Shown: positions 10,524-21,699, counted from the first letter of the stretch. The stretch: DNA of 64,000 nt from Nitrospirota bacterium (GCA_963737155.1 CAVTRN010000002.1:64001-128000); one strand, 5' to 3'. Notes: generated from the sequence alone by a model not told the origin. Numbers and translations are program-made.

Positions 10524-10790
10524 TTACGACATTCTAGCATCAAAAACAAAAGGCAAGGGGTCACTGATACAGATTTTCTTAAAATCGCGGTGAGCAGGGT
10601 TAAGCACATAGTTCCAGCTTCTTGGAACGAGAACAGAAGGGACCTTTAAAACAGCAGTGCCAGCCTTTACCCAGTTAGAACGGATATCTTTTGTCGAATC
10701 TTGCGGCGGCTCTCTGGTCCAGTCATCGGGGAGATCAGATGCTTTCAGCTTTTTAAAATTGATATTCCCGAGAGCGTCCCCATGAGCAAA
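10524..10790 (-). pseudogene. RES-domain toxin C-terminal fragment
   Basis: LPDDW...AVLKVPSVLVPRSWNYVLNPAHRDF; N-terminus missing. Confidence 0.75.
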
Positions 10791-10941
10791 CGTTAACAAA
10801 TTCCAGTATGAAGTGTTGACTGTTGCATAGTATAGAAACACTAAAGATTCAGACGAAGCTATCAATAATCACGGATTGTAAAATGCACATGAGTGAACGG
10901 GCGAGGGACAAGGCGGCTTAGACAAAGAAAAGATCACGACG

Positions 10942-11382
10942 CTACGTCGGAGATCCCGGATCACGATCAATATGCGCTGCCCGATGTACGAGTCGCCATC
11001 CCTCTGGCATCTTGCGCCACTGGTCGCGATATATCCCGGAAACCGTTGGTAGCGGTCCAGCCTCGGCGACACACTGATGAGTAATAAGAACCATCGTTCG
11101 TGTGACCGCTGAATCCGATGTCAGCTTGTCAAACAGAATGCCGGATTGGTAGTGTCTGCTGGTGAATCGTCCACTGCGATCTTGCAGTCGCTGCGTAGCC
11201 CATTCGCGAATCTCACTTCTCGATTGCAGTCGGACCGAGGGTCTGGCCTTTCCAGGGACGAAGATCTCGAACACACCGTTCTCGACGAACAGATGGGCAA
11301 AGCCATCGACGTCCTGGCTGTCGTACGTATACGAGTACTGAGCGATCATCTCGTGTATGGAGAGCTTGTCCTCGATGCTCAT
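10942..11382 (-). CDS. SnoaL-like/NTF2-family protein
   Basis: IEDKLSIHEMIAQYSYTYD...GIYRDQWRKMPEGWRL. Confidence 0.85.
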   Translation of the reverse strand: MSIEDKLSIHEMIAQYSYTYDSQDVDGFAHLFVENGVFEIFVPGKARPSVRLQSRSEIREWATQRLQDRSGRFTSRHYQSGILFDKLTSDSAVTRTMVLITHQCVAEAGPLPTVSGIYRDQWRKMPEGWRLVHRAAHIDRDPGSPT

Positions 11383-11694
11383 CGTTGTTCTCTCATGAAG
11401 ACACTTGCGGCTGAGGCGTTATGATTCTGCCAGACTTTATTAGGGACGGAATGGACCCCGAAAATGAAACATGGGGGCCTGAAAATACCTTACGAATATT
11501 TTATGATTTTAGGCTCACGGGAGCGCTCTGTCAAATAATATCTTCAAAGTCACGGCCCTCCACCAATCCTCAGGAAAGATTATGGAGGAGCGTATCCCGT
11601 GTCGTAGTCTTTGACTCTCCATGATGGACTCGAACAAACAAACCTTATGTGATTAATTCCCGATGTATCCATTAAGTCTAGAGTATGTGCATGA

Positions 11695-11820
11695 TTCAGG
11701 CAGTAAGGTTGAATTAATAATTCAAATGGAATTATTCACTCGCTTTGCGATTCCGGTTCCCTGAGGTCCTACAAGCTTACTGTGCTGTTGACAAAATTAC
11801 TATACCTACTAGTGGTTGAC
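11695..11820 (+). repeat. Boundary repeat copy B (core ~11765-11820, 3-bp deletion in CACC)
   Basis: Arm homologous to copy L (TTCAAAYGGAAWTATTCACTCG...GCGATTCYGGTTCYCTGAGGTCC); TACAAGCTT...TTGAC-N21-GGTTGAC. Confidence 0.8.
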
Positions 11821-11949
11821 AGTCGCATATTGCCGGCTGCGGTTTCCGTATGAAGTATGGCTGAAATGAAGACAGCCTGACAGAAGAAGGAAAGACACAG
11901 GAACGACCGCCCCGGTGGTGGTAGCTCGAATTGATTGTGAAGCAGCAAA

Positions 11950-12600
11950 TCATTTTACCCGAATACCTTCGATCAGCAAGTAGACATCATGCTTTAGATA
12001 ACGCATCCCCGTCACTTTCAGGTTGGGATTGCTCTGGACATGCGTGAGTGTCTGCCGGTCGAATCGCGCGCCGTACACCTTTTCAACGAAGGGTGTGAAT
12101 AGATTTTGCCGTCTCCTCAATTTGGGTCTCTCTGAATATTTCATCTCCAGCAGTCGAAAACCACCGCCTGGCTTCAGCACGCGGCCGAACTCCGCAATCG
12201 CTTGGTTCTGCAATTCCTCGGGCAGGACGCAGCAGAGAAAGAACGCCACCACCCAGTCATATCCGTTCGACGAAATGGACTCCATCCTGCAGGCGTCTTC
12301 ATGGACGAATCGGACCGTACAGGATGCTTCTCCACACCGTTTCGACGCTTTCTTTAGCATAGCGGGACTGAAGTCCACGGCGGTCAGGTTCACTCCGGGC
12401 CGGTAATATTTGAGGTTTCGACCGGTCCCGATTCCTGCTTCCAGGACCTCGCCGTTCAGGTCGCCCAAAATCCCCGGCCTCCATCTGCGGTATTGGAACT
12501 CCCAGGGGAAATCCAGTATGTCGTAGAACCAAGCTGTGACGGCGTACCGCTTCTGATTCAGCAGGTTCAGTTCGTGCATATTGAGTTCTTTCAGATTCAT
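11950..12600 (-). CDS. Class I SAM-dependent methyltransferase
   Basis: VLEAGIGTGRN, AVDFSPAML, RVLKPGG. Confidence 0.9.
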   Translation of the reverse strand: MNLKELNMHELNLLNQKRYAVTAWFYDILDFPWEFQYRRWRPGILGDLNGEVLEAGIGTGRNLKYYRPGVNLTAVDFSPAMLKKASKRCGEASCTVRFVHEDACRMESISSNGYDWVVAFFLCCVLPEELQNQAIAEFGRVLKPGGGFRLLEMKYSERPKLRRRQNLFTPFVEKVYGARFDRQTLTHVQSNPNLKVTGMRYLKHDVYLLIEGIRVK

Positions 12601-12628
12601 CAGTACACTCTTTGATCTCTAACAGATC

Positions 12629-13462
12629 CTACTTTGCTGTACCCTTGAGAATGCTGCCGATATCTTTATCATCGTATTGTTCTCTTCTCCAACGGTAAGG
12701 CATATCGATTATCATACCCGGTTCTTGTATCGTGTACAGAGCCCGCAATGCTTCTGCCAACACCACGCGCTGCTGTGACATATTAAATGGCTCGCCGAAG
12801 GGATGACCGAACGGCCATCTGAGAAATATGGTCCTCGGCGGCTTTACCTTTTCTGAATATTCCCGTACGATCGATACGCCGATCGTGGGGATTCCCGCCT
12901 TCTCTATTTCCCGCTGTATCAATCCCACGGATTGGTTGCAGATGCCTCATCCCGGTGTCAACAGAACGATATCGACATTGTCGTTTTTGAGACTCCTGGC
13001 GACTTCAGGTGCGTTTTTACTGATGAGCGTAGGGATGTGCCTGCCTATTATGTGCCCCATGAAACTGTAATGAAAGTCCGCAACACGACCGATGTGTCCT
13101 TCCTTTTCTAATTCCTTGAGCCTTTCTACGGGGAAAACGATGTTGATGTCTCTATCGGCATCAGCATGATCATAGTAGTCGTGGGTGATCATCAGACTCG
13201 AAAGTGGCCTTCTGAGATCGATAATCCTGTATGACGGGTCGCCCTCGCGGTCTTCCATATTGAAGGGTTCCTGATCTATGTGATGAACACCTGCCGTTGT
13301 CACGATTGCTATCGAGGATTTATCGAGGGCCTTTGCCACCGGGGCCCAGGGGATATCAAGAGATTTGCACGGGTCGTAGGAGGCGATAAATCTCTTTGCG
13401 AGCGACGGGAAAAGAGTAATTATCTTCGCAATTAATTTATTTTTTAATCTGCCAATGTTCAT
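12629..13462 (-). CDS. Glycine/sarcosine/betaine/proline reductase selenoprotein B-like protein (Sec at UGA 12947-12949)
   Basis: Two in-frame ORFs joined by TPG-UGA-GIC-NQSVGLIQREIEKAGIPT (UxxC); IVTTAGVH, GDPSYR, DRDINIVFP motifs; SECIS-like hairpin follows. Confidence 0.85.
12914..12946 (-). promoter_or_regulatory. Putative bacterial SECIS element
   Basis: CTG..CAATCC-GTG-GGATTG..CAG hairpin; apical G 19 nt after the UGA. Confidence 0.7.
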
Positions 13463-13966
13463 CAGACATTCGTAATCTTACGAGTTAGTTGATGATTGAT
13501 TTTCCTGACGATAGTTATATCACGTGATCGGAGCTTCTATCTGGATGTGCAGCCGGTGGATAGGGTAAGCACTTGTCTGCCTTTAACCTGCGTATTTCTC
13601 CGATGATGAAGCACTCCCTGCTTGGAATATCATCAACGTGATAAAAGAAAAAGCCGAGATGTTCCCGATTTTTCATCGGGAATACCCTTATGAGCGTTGC
13701 TTCACTACTGATTCCTGATCGCTTCCTCGAGTTGGTCCCGTGACACATCACAACCCCGGAGCACGACTCTTCCGTCGATCTCTCTGGATGGAAACGTCGG
13801 CATTGACACCATATCAAGAAGACCGAAGCTGGTCTTCTTCAGGATTTCCACTTCAAAAGAAGGTCTTCTTTAGTTCCGCGGCCGCGGCGCTGATCTGTTT
13901 CCACCTTCCCCCCCTTGGGGGCCGTTAAAATAGAGACGAATTCGCATTGGGCGTCGGGCTAGATCC

Positions 13967-14212
13967 TTATGCTCGCTTGATGAGGCGCAAGATGAAAATG
14001 AGCACTATCGCGCCGATGGTTGCTACGATAATGGCGCCGAGTAGGCCCCCACCCAAGGATACACCAAAGGCGCGAAACAGAAAACCTCCAAGCAATGCGC
14101 CTACTACGCCCACGACGATGTCGCCGATGACGCCGAAGCCGCCGCCCTTCATAAGCTGTCCTGCTAGCCACCCAGCCACCAAGCCAACCAAGATGAACCA
14201 GAAAAATTCCAT
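13967..14212 (-). CDS. GlsB/YeaQ/YmgE stress-response membrane protein
   Basis: WFILVGLVAGWLAGQLMKGGGFGVIGDIVVGVVGALLGG. Confidence 0.9.
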   Translation of the reverse strand: MEFFWFILVGLVAGWLAGQLMKGGGFGVIGDIVVGVVGALLGGFLFRAFGVSLGGGLLGAIIVATIGAIVLIFILRLIKRA

Positions 14213-14484
14213 GATTTTACCCCTCCTACAAAAGACCCATTTATACGGACCGCTTCACGGAAATGAGGTTCAACCAGTTATTAAATACTTACGGGGCTAT
14301 GATATAACTTTGCTTCCCGTTCGGTGCTACCCAAGGCGAATATTTACATGTCTATCGAAAATCCTTGCCCTTCGTATTATTACTAGCATACGGTTTCCGA
14401 TATTAGCAATCCCCTGTCAATATTCCGCCGGAAGTACCACGTATATTAATCAAATTATATCATACCTGGCCTGTCAAAACAGAC

Positions 14485-15936
14485 TCAGGGTTGTCGTACA
14501 GCACCGTTATAAAAGACCTCGCATTTGCCGCCTCGAAAGAAACGTATTGCCTTTCTGTAAAGATGGGTGAATTGGCCTGCAAGGGACTCTGTTGCGCTAA
14601 CTGCGCTGACCGTGGGGCTTCCGAGGGGACCGCTGATGCTTTGTTCCATATTTGCGCATCCCTTGTCATCGAGAAGCGCCACGGTTACATTATCATATCG
14701 TTCGGTGACAAGGTTGAGCTTGCCTTTAAGTGCGACCCGATTATGGCTCGTCGCAAGGGCGCAGTCCGTAGCGTCCGCAATACCGTCCTTAATCTTCCAA
14801 TGCGAGATGAACTGCGTAATCGTGCCTTGCCCTCCCCGGGTCTGGTAGTAAACGTCTCCGAACCGGTACGTCTTGAGCGCAGCAGTATTGATGATCGGGC
14901 CAAGCGGGCCAACGATGAAGAAAGCGCCGAGGTCGACCAGGTGGAACTCCTGGCTCGATTTATACGATAAGAGGACCTTGTCGAGATCCATAGTATAAAT
15001 GACGAGATTGTCACCCCGTAAAGAAATAGTACCGTTTATACCGTTGATCAGAACGCGACTTCCCTTCTGGCTCATCGTCAAGGAGGCAGAAAGATCACTC
15101 TTTCCGCCGATCACCTTTTTTATTCCGAAAGACTCCTCAAGTTTTGCAAAGTCCAGTGTCAACACTTTCAAATTGAGTTTATACACAGTATCGACTCCTG
15201 ACAAATCTATCGTGGCATCTCCTTCACCCTTCCCGCCGAAGATATCCATGGTAAGGTGCATGAGGCGGATTACTCCATTCTCCGCTTTTAGAGAACTCTT
15301 GACGTTATTGATTTTGAGGTCCTTTTTCCACACCTCCTTGCAGCCCAGGTTTCCCGTAAATAAGACCTTCGTTGTAATATTGTCTTTTGCGGAAATGTCT
15401 ATCGAGAGGTCCTTAATAGCCAGACTGATTTCTTTCAACTCGGTCTTTTCACCCGTTTTCTTGTCAAGATAGACCAGTGTCCCCTGGGACAGCCTGAGTT
15501 CCTTCAAACTGAAAGCTCCCGTCACCCCTCCTTCTGCTGATTTATTTTCAGCACTTTCGAAATTATATTTCCCCTCGTTGTCTTTCACGATGGAGATAGT
15601 CGGCTTGACAAGCTCGCAACTGGTGACCTTGAGTTTCTTCGCAAATAGGGGGATTATCTCAACCCCCATCTTGAGTTTTTTGATGGTAAGAATCGCGCCT
15701 TCATTGTTGGCGACACGGATATCATCAGCCGACACACTAAAGGGAAAGAAAGAGAGCCCCATCTTCCCATTGATCTTAACATTGAGGCCGGTCGCCTGTG
15801 ACGCAGCAGTTTCGATGCGGTGCTTGTAAGAGTTAATGTTGAATAATAAGACGGCGGCAATTGCAGCGATTACAATCAGGACGACGACGCCCGCGATCAA
15901 CAGAATTTTATTCCTTTCCGCTACCATGGCTTTCAC
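14485..15936 (-). CDS. AsmA-family protein
   Basis: N-terminal TM anchor, NINSYKHRIETAASQATG...INGKMGLSFFP; beta-rich. Confidence 0.8.
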   Translation of the reverse strand: MKAMVAERNKILLIAGVVVLIVIAAIAAVLLFNINSYKHRIETAASQATGLNVKINGKMGLSFFPFSVSADDIRVANNEGAILTIKKLKMGVEIIPLFAKKLKVTSCELVKPTISIVKDNEGKYNFESAENKSAEGGVTGAFSLKELRLSQGTLVYLDKKTGEKTELKEISLAIKDLSIDISAKDNITTKVLFTGNLGCKEVWKKDLKINNVKSSLKAENGVIRLMHLTMDIFGGKGEGDATIDLSGVDTVYKLNLKVLTLDFAKLEESFGIKKVIGGKSDLSASLTMSQKGSRVLINGINGTISLRGDNLVIYTMDLDKVLLSYKSSQEFHLVDLGAFFIVGPLGPIINTAALKTYRFGDVYYQTRGGQGTITQFISHWKIKDGIADATDCALATSHNRVALKGKLNLVTERYDNVTVALLDDKGCANMEQSISGPLGSPTVSAVSATESLAGQFTHLYRKAIRFFRGGKCEVFYNGAVRQP

Positions 15937-16449
15937 TCCGTGATAAACTCGTAATTACTTTAATTATACTAATATTTTTTTGCTGTGTAAATTCATGCTC
16001 AAAGAATGAGCTTCGGGATGTTTGAAGCGGTACTGAACAAGGCGAATAACAATTTCCGTCAGGAGTTTTATTCAACATTATTTGACTACACTTGATGAGT
16101 ATTAAACATATGGAAACTTCAACAGATACTGAATGAAATGTTTGTTGTTACGAAGAATAGGAACAACACAACTTCAGGATGCAGGTGTGTTGTTGTCTTG
16201 ATATAGGAAAAACAGGATTACAGTCTGAAATTAACGTCAAGGAAATAGGCAAAAAATGTGCATAGTGTCGCCAAACGATCTTCGGGTCTGCAACTCGAAG
16301 GTCATTATTTATTCCAACGAAGAAATAAGAGCTCATAATCATGTGATTTGCGGGGATGGCGAGGCGCAATTTCGGTTGGAACCGATACTATCGTTGGCCG
16401 ACTACAAGAACGGGAAATTAAATTGAATATAGTTTATATTGATGATAAA

Positions 16450-17217
16450 ATGCAAAATATGAACAATTTATATCTATGGCTAACGCTGATTTTCGGACAC
16501 TGGCAAAATTGGCTCATCGGTGCAGGAGTCGGCGGTGCTGTTGTTTTTATCCTTTATAAATTAGAACTTTTGCAGGGTGAGTATATACCTAAGTTTTGGT
16601 ACGTCATGATGTTTATTTTTTTATTTCTGCTTGCTTCATCTTTTTGGGTATGGAAATATGAACATAACGCGTATATGCATGCAAAACAGGATTTAGCCAT
16701 TGCACAAGATAAGAATACAGTCAAGTTGACGGGGAAAATTACCAACGTAATCATCTCCCCTTTAGATATAAGAGGGTATTGGTATGTTTTATTCTTCGTG
16801 TCAATGAGGAATGAGGGAGCGGATACCGTGGTAAAAGATTATCGGGCGGAAGTTTCTACTGACGGACAACTTATTGATCTTCAATTCGTGCCTATTCCTG
16901 ATATCTCTGCTAAGGGCTTGGTTATTGGCGGTAGAGCATATTACCCCATGCATTCAATTTATATAGCTACGCAAAATACTTTAAAAAAAGGCGATGAAAA
17001 GAATGGTGTTATTTTATTTGGGTTTAAAGGCAAGACTGAATTTCAGGGTCTTAACCCAAAGTGGATTATATCTTTCAGTGACTATTTAGGGAAACGCTAT
17101 GAAATCACCTATACTGATAAAGCAGCCCAATCCCCATTCATATTTAAAAAGGACCCATTTCCTGATGTATTAAGCCCAAATACCAACATCACAGGCTCAA
17201 CTCTTAAAGAAAGATAA
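16450..17217 (+). CDS. Hypothetical membrane-anchored protein (low GC)
   Basis: Long ORF with two N-terminal TM segments. Confidence 0.6.
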   Translation: MQNMNNLYLWLTLIFGHWQNWLIGAGVGGAVVFILYKLELLQGEYIPKFWYVMMFIFLFLLASSFWVWKYEHNAYMHAKQDLAIAQDKNTVKLTGKITNVIISPLDIRGYWYVLFFVSMRNEGADTVVKDYRAEVSTDGQLIDLQFVPIPDISAKGLVIGGRAYYPMHSIYIATQNTLKKGDEKNGVILFGFKGKTEFQGLNPKWIISFSDYLGKRYEITYTDKAAQSPFIFKKDPFPDVLSPNTNITGSTLKER

Positions 17218-17514
17218 ATACAAAAACTTGACTGGTCCATTAAATTCAAGGTTTACTCAATCGTCCAGGATGAAATAGTGATGTTTAGAAGATACGCAAC
17301 AACAAATGTTACAGTATGCCCGATACTTTGGGGATTTAGGTTCTCAGAGTGCATTGATACCGATAGGATGGTTTGTATATTCCAACCAGCGGCTACCCTC
17401 TAGCATCAAACCGCCCCGCGTGTCAGCCTAATGTCCCTAAGTCACAACCGGTAATCCACAAAATTTTCGACCAGCCGCCCATCTCCTTCCTGCGATACAG
17501 CGACCCGCTAAGAC

Positions 17515-18285
17515 TCAATTGCTAAGGAGAATATACTGATTCAGCAGCTCGACTTTTCCAAGATCATAGTTGAAAGGTCGAATGCGGGTAATTTGATATA
17601 CTGGGTTAATCCTCTTTTGAAGTTCAGCGAGTACGGGCATTGGCACGAGAAAATGGTTCAAGATCACCTTGGCTGGAGATACAGATATCTTGTTGTCGTG
17701 GACCTCTAAGCGAAGCGCAGCATAACCTTTGAGCCGGTTATCTATTATGAACTTTTCAACGAGTTTTCTATCCTTAATGGGAATCGTATTGACCGGAATG
17801 TCAAACTCTAATTCAATGAAGGGGGGTGTGAATTTTATCAAAAATTTGTCGTAATGAAAGTTTAGTCTCTTCGCTGTCTTTTCAAATTCGTTCTTTATCG
17901 TTTGTTCCGAGACCAACATCCCGATCTTAAAATCCGAGTAGGAATTAATTGCAAAAATGTTCGATTTTTTTAAAGTTACGAAATCGATTTGAGGATTGGT
18001 ATATTGCACGGTCACGTAGTCGGCCGGTAAAATGTTTTTTGGCATTGACACGAATTTGATGAGCAAAGACTCCAACTTCCCGCCTTTATCTGTTTCCCTT
18101 TTCGTTTTAATCTCCACTCTTTCACATGTTACGGTCTTTCTTAATGCTTTCTCAATTTCACTATCAAGAGGTTCACGGGAATACAACAGATTGGGTGTAG
18201 CCAATAAAAGGCCGATTACAGACAATAAGACCATAATCAAATGAGTAAAGGCATGCTTGGTTTTATCTTTGAACGAGTTTGCCAT
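17515..18285 (-). CDS. Hypothetical exported protein
   Basis: Long ORF with signal/TM segment; overlaps the upstream gene end. Confidence 0.6.
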   Translation of the reverse strand: MANSFKDKTKHAFTHLIMVLLSVIGLLLATPNLLYSREPLDSEIEKALRKTVTCERVEIKTKRETDKGGKLESLLIKFVSMPKNILPADYVTVQYTNPQIDFVTLKKSNIFAINSYSDFKIGMLVSEQTIKNEFEKTAKRLNFHYDKFLIKFTPPFIELEFDIPVNTIPIKDRKLVEKFIIDNRLKGYAALRLEVHDNKISVSPAKVILNHFLVPMPVLAELQKRINPVYQITRIRPFNYDLGKVELLNQYILLSN

Positions 18286-18667
18286 TCTCAATGTATAATT
18301 CCTTTGCATTATAGAGCTCAGGGTTCGGGACGCTGATGCGGTAGCAACTGGCACTTCCACTATCGTACAGGGTGTACAGGTAAGCTTTTCCGCTCACCGG
18401 ATCGTTGCCAACATGATCAAGGAACGCAGGCTGGAGAAGTTCTAATTTCCGAGGATACTCCATGTTTATGACGAAATAAGCCTCTACGGCCTTTGAAAGG
18501 TTCTGCAAATCCGACAGAACTCTTTCTCGTGAGGTAGCGTAAATCTGTTTCGGCGGTTCATAATTACTTACGCCTCCTCTCCAGTAAAGGACAGCGACAT
18601 AACCAATGAGTGCCACAGTGATCACAATAAGTATATAAGTGAGCAAGCGGAATTTGTTCTTTCGCAT
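18263..18667 (-). CDS. Hypothetical pseudopilin/GspG-like protein
   Basis: TM helix then SDLQNLSKAVEAYF...YPRKLELL...DPVSGKAYLY. Confidence 0.55.
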   Translation of the reverse strand: MRKNKFRLLTYILIVITVALIGYVAVLYWRGGVSNYEPPKQIYATSRERVLSDLQNLSKAVEAYFVINMEYPRKLELLQPAFLDHVGNDPVSGKAYLYTLYDSGSASCYRISVPNPELYNAKELYIENGKLVQR

Positions 18668-19029
18668 AGTCAGGTTTCTTTTCCGTTAGTTTTTAACCTG
18701 TAGCCGAATCAAGGCCGAGGGGTTATATTTGTTGCTATCAATGTGAGGCGATACAATCTTCTTTGCGGGATCAGAGGACATTCTTCCTTCAAACTTCAGC
18801 GTTCTTCTGTTCAAAGTGGTTGATAAGTTTTTGTATTATACCAAAATAAGCTTTCAGTTTCCACGTAATTAATAGGCACTCTTCTGGAAAACTGATTGTA
18901 CAGCGGGTTGTAATTCGCTCAACCTGCAAAAATTCATGCTTGAGGAATTTCGGTCACTTCCAACGGGAATTATCCTCCGTGATGTTTAACATGAGGTATT
19001 GATCAACACATGAAGGTCGGGAGTGTGAC

Positions 19030-19158
19030 TTTCAGGAAGGAAAACTCGACCTATGTTTCAAGAAAAAACTGTTAATATTCATATTGAAAATCGGTATCGG
19101 ATTCACCTACAATCATGCAGTAGTGTTGACTAAATTTCAATGCATAATACTACATGGA
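19030..19158 (+). repeat. Boundary repeat copy C (core 19102-19158)
   Basis: CAGGAAGG at 19033; TTCACCTACAATCATGCAGTAGTGTTGACTAAATTTCAATGCATAATACTACATGGA. Confidence 0.85.
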
Positions 19159-19165
19159 AATTGTA

Positions 19166-19225
19166 AATGAACTGCTCGGCTGAGAGGGGCAGTTTTATCG
19201 ACCCTCTCAAACCGAACAGTTAGAA
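19166..19225 (-). repeat. attC-like hairpin (60 bp) downstream of the GNAT gene
   Basis: Minus: TTCTAAC-TGTTC-GGTTTGAG...CTCAGCC-GAGCA-GTTCATT; extra base in the 5' L arm. Confidence 0.5.
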
Positions 19226-19268
19226 TCGTCATCGGGTTTCACTCGTTCTCCCCGACCTGCCCGCTGAA

Positions 19269-19714
19269 TCATCTTAAACATAACTCCATATACTTTGTTG
19301 TTAGCCCTGGGCTAAACCGGGATGGTTCGATATGTTTGAACCCCAAACGTTTGTAGCGTCCTATGGCAGACTTTATGCGTCTAGAGTATCCGGCCTTTTT
19401 TTCATATCCCGAATTTCTTGCTTCTTGAATCAGTGCGATGCACAATTTTCGGCCTATATCCTTATTCTTGAATTGGTCATAGACATATAGACGCTTCATC
19501 TCACAAACAGTGGGATCAAGCATTCTCAGACCTACGCCACCCGCAAGCTCGTCTTCGTGCCATGCGAGAAACAAAAGACCGTTCGGAGGGTCATACATTG
19601 AAATATATGATAATTCCTTCTCGATACATACTGAAACGATAGATCAACGTTGAGCCGGCGAACGTAGTCTTTCACTAGCTTGCTTGGCAAGAAGAAAATC
19701 AGAATCTTTTTCAT
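19269..19714 (-). pseudogene. GNAT acetyltransferase, frameshifted
   Basis: YVRRLNVDLSFQ / YDPPNGLLFLAW...GVGLRMLDPTVCEMKRLYV split over frames. Confidence 0.75.
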
Positions 19715-19936
19715 AAGGTATTATTACACGCATTTTTTTAATCCATTAAAAAGCTGTCAGAAAAACAGGACTATAGCACAGGAGTAGCGAGTTATCAATA
19801 CGTGGACGAAAAGTAGTACTGACAAAATCGCAGACATTATCTCCAACTGAATCATACTTTTATCCCATTGACATTAACAAATATTTGCGCTTTCTTTAAA
19901 TTATAAGAAGTTTTATTTCAAATAGGGAGAATTGCT

Positions 19937-20488
19937 ATGGCAAAACAAGAAGGCAAAAGAGATTTTCAAGCGATCATGGAAATATACAGGAAAGTGGGTA
20001 CTCCGAGCGAGCCTCATAAACGGCTGGCGAAACTGGAGGGAAGTTGGATAACTAGGACCAGGGGCTGGATGGAGCCTGACAAGCCGTCGATAGACTCGAC
20101 CGGCACGTGCGATCAGAAGCTGGTCCTTGATGGGCATTACCTGCAGCAGGTCTATACGGGTGATATGATGGGACTCCCATTCTCCGGCATCAACCTCTTG
20201 GGATATAATAACCATACCGGGAAGTATGAGTCGGTTTGGCTCGATTCAATGAGCACGGCCATATACTATTTCGAGGGGACCGCAAGCGCGGATGGAAAGA
20301 CCATTACGCAGGAATGCAGATATGACGACCCGGTAAGGGGCCCTTCCGTCTGGCGCAGTGTGACCAGGATCAAAGACGACAATACCCTGGAGTTCGAGAT
20401 GTTCATTGCCCCTAAGAGAGGCAAGGAAGAAAAGATGATGGAAATGACGGTTTCACGAAAGGAAGCCGTCGCACGGAAGGCAGCATAA
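19937..20488 (+). CDS. DUF1579-like protein
   Basis: GTPSEPHKRLAKLEGSW, PFSGINLLGYNNHTGKYESVWLDSMST. Confidence 0.8.
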   Translation: MAKQEGKRDFQAIMEIYRKVGTPSEPHKRLAKLEGSWITRTRGWMEPDKPSIDSTGTCDQKLVLDGHYLQQVYTGDMMGLPFSGINLLGYNNHTGKYESVWLDSMSTAIYYFEGTASADGKTITQECRYDDPVRGPSVWRSVTRIKDDNTLEFEMFIAPKRGKEEKMMEMTVSRKEAVARKAA

Positions 20489-20502
20489 GTCTAGCTACTT
20501 TG

Positions 20503-20588
20503 GGGGACGTTATTTCTAATCTTCTTTGTTGCTTTCCATTATCAACACTGGGAGTTAACAGATAAGCAACGAGTGAAACAACGTCCCC
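20503..20588. repeat. Long imperfect inverted repeat (GGGGACGTT...AACGTCCCC)
   Basis: GGGGACGTTATTTC..GTTGCTT pairs with AAGCAAC..GAAACAACGTCCCC. Confidence 0.55.
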
Positions 20589-21147
20589 GGTGAATATAAG
20601 TTTCTAAAGTAACAATAATAAATCCTTGCGCCATGGGCAGAATGATTTTGTGATTGTGTGCTTATTATTCAACATACTTTTTCAAAAGTTTTCTTTCAGT
20701 CTCCTCATCGACTGGAGAACGCCGTCCTTTTCATATCATAACATTCATAATTCTCGAGGATGTCAGCAACCGAAAAAATTGGCATTTGAGGGTGGTATTC
20801 GATGAGGAATTCTGGATGAGGCAACGATAAGAACTTCAGGAAGTTGTTGTTGCCTTAAAACTATATCATAAAATGCGTGAAACACACTGTATTATGTGAT
20901 CATTAACAGAAGATACTGTCCTTGGTTATTCCTTTCATCCTGACACATCTATATAAATATTCTACCTGACTTTGGTGTCCACTTTATCCATCCTACCTCA
21001 GGGTCTGAGGGCTCTCCTTTTTGCAGTCCTCTACTTGTAAGTTTATTCCTTTCTTCTTCCACTAAACAAGAGCGATGCCTCGGGCCTGATAACCAGCATA
21101 CTCTACCGACCCTGGTGCAAACATTCGAGATGTCTTATCCTTGCTCA

Positions 21148-21699
21148 TTAGGCTTTTGTTGGCCCAGATCGTTGTTTTGTAGCCGATTTTCTCCGTAAGG
21201 CGCTAGTAGCTATTTTTGCAGGTTTGTTTACTTCCGGAGATAAAATCAGCCGGGGAGGCATGTGTTGCGCCCCCAAGAGGATCGCCATCTGGTTCAGTGC
21301 CTGCGAAATGCTTTTTAATCTATTGGAACTCAGTTTTTCAAGCCCTGCCACCAGGAGGCCTTGGGCCACTTCAGGTGCTTTCTTAACCAAGGACTTGCCC
21401 TGTCCTGTTAATTCCACTCTCACCACGCGTCGGTCTTCAGTTGAGCGTATCCGTATGACCAGTTCCTGTTTTTCAAGACGATCCAGAATGCCGACCACCG
21501 TGGCAGGGTGAAGGTACATGCGCCGCGCGATCTCTGAAACCATAATTGGCGCCTCCTGAGCGATTGTCTTAATCGCCCAGAGCTGGGGGCCTGTCAGGCC
21601 TGTCTCATGCTCGGCCTTTTTCGATTGTTCGTTGACAGCCTGAAATACTCTGCGCAGATTATCGATGATTTCCGCCACTGTTTCCGATCTCTTGCTCAT
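21148..21699 (-). CDS. MarR-family transcriptional regulator
   Basis: GLTGPQLWAI, LHPATVVGILDRLEKQELV, EDRRVVRVELT. Confidence 0.9.
   Translation of the reverse strand: MSKRSETVAEIIDNLRRVFQAVNEQSKKAEHETGLTGPQLWAIKTIAQEAPIMVSEIARRMYLHPATVVGILDRLEKQELVIRIRSTEDRRVVRVELTGQGKSLVKKAPEVAQGLLVAGLEKLSSNRLKSISQALNQMAILLGAQHMPPRLILSPEVNKPAKIATSALRRKSATKQRSGPTKA

Noticed and set aside
4885-19840. Weak core-like stretches near 4885, 6420, 10058 and 19795
   Set aside because: Only TAC/TTGAC spacing matches in AT-rich DNA; not distinguishable from chance by eye
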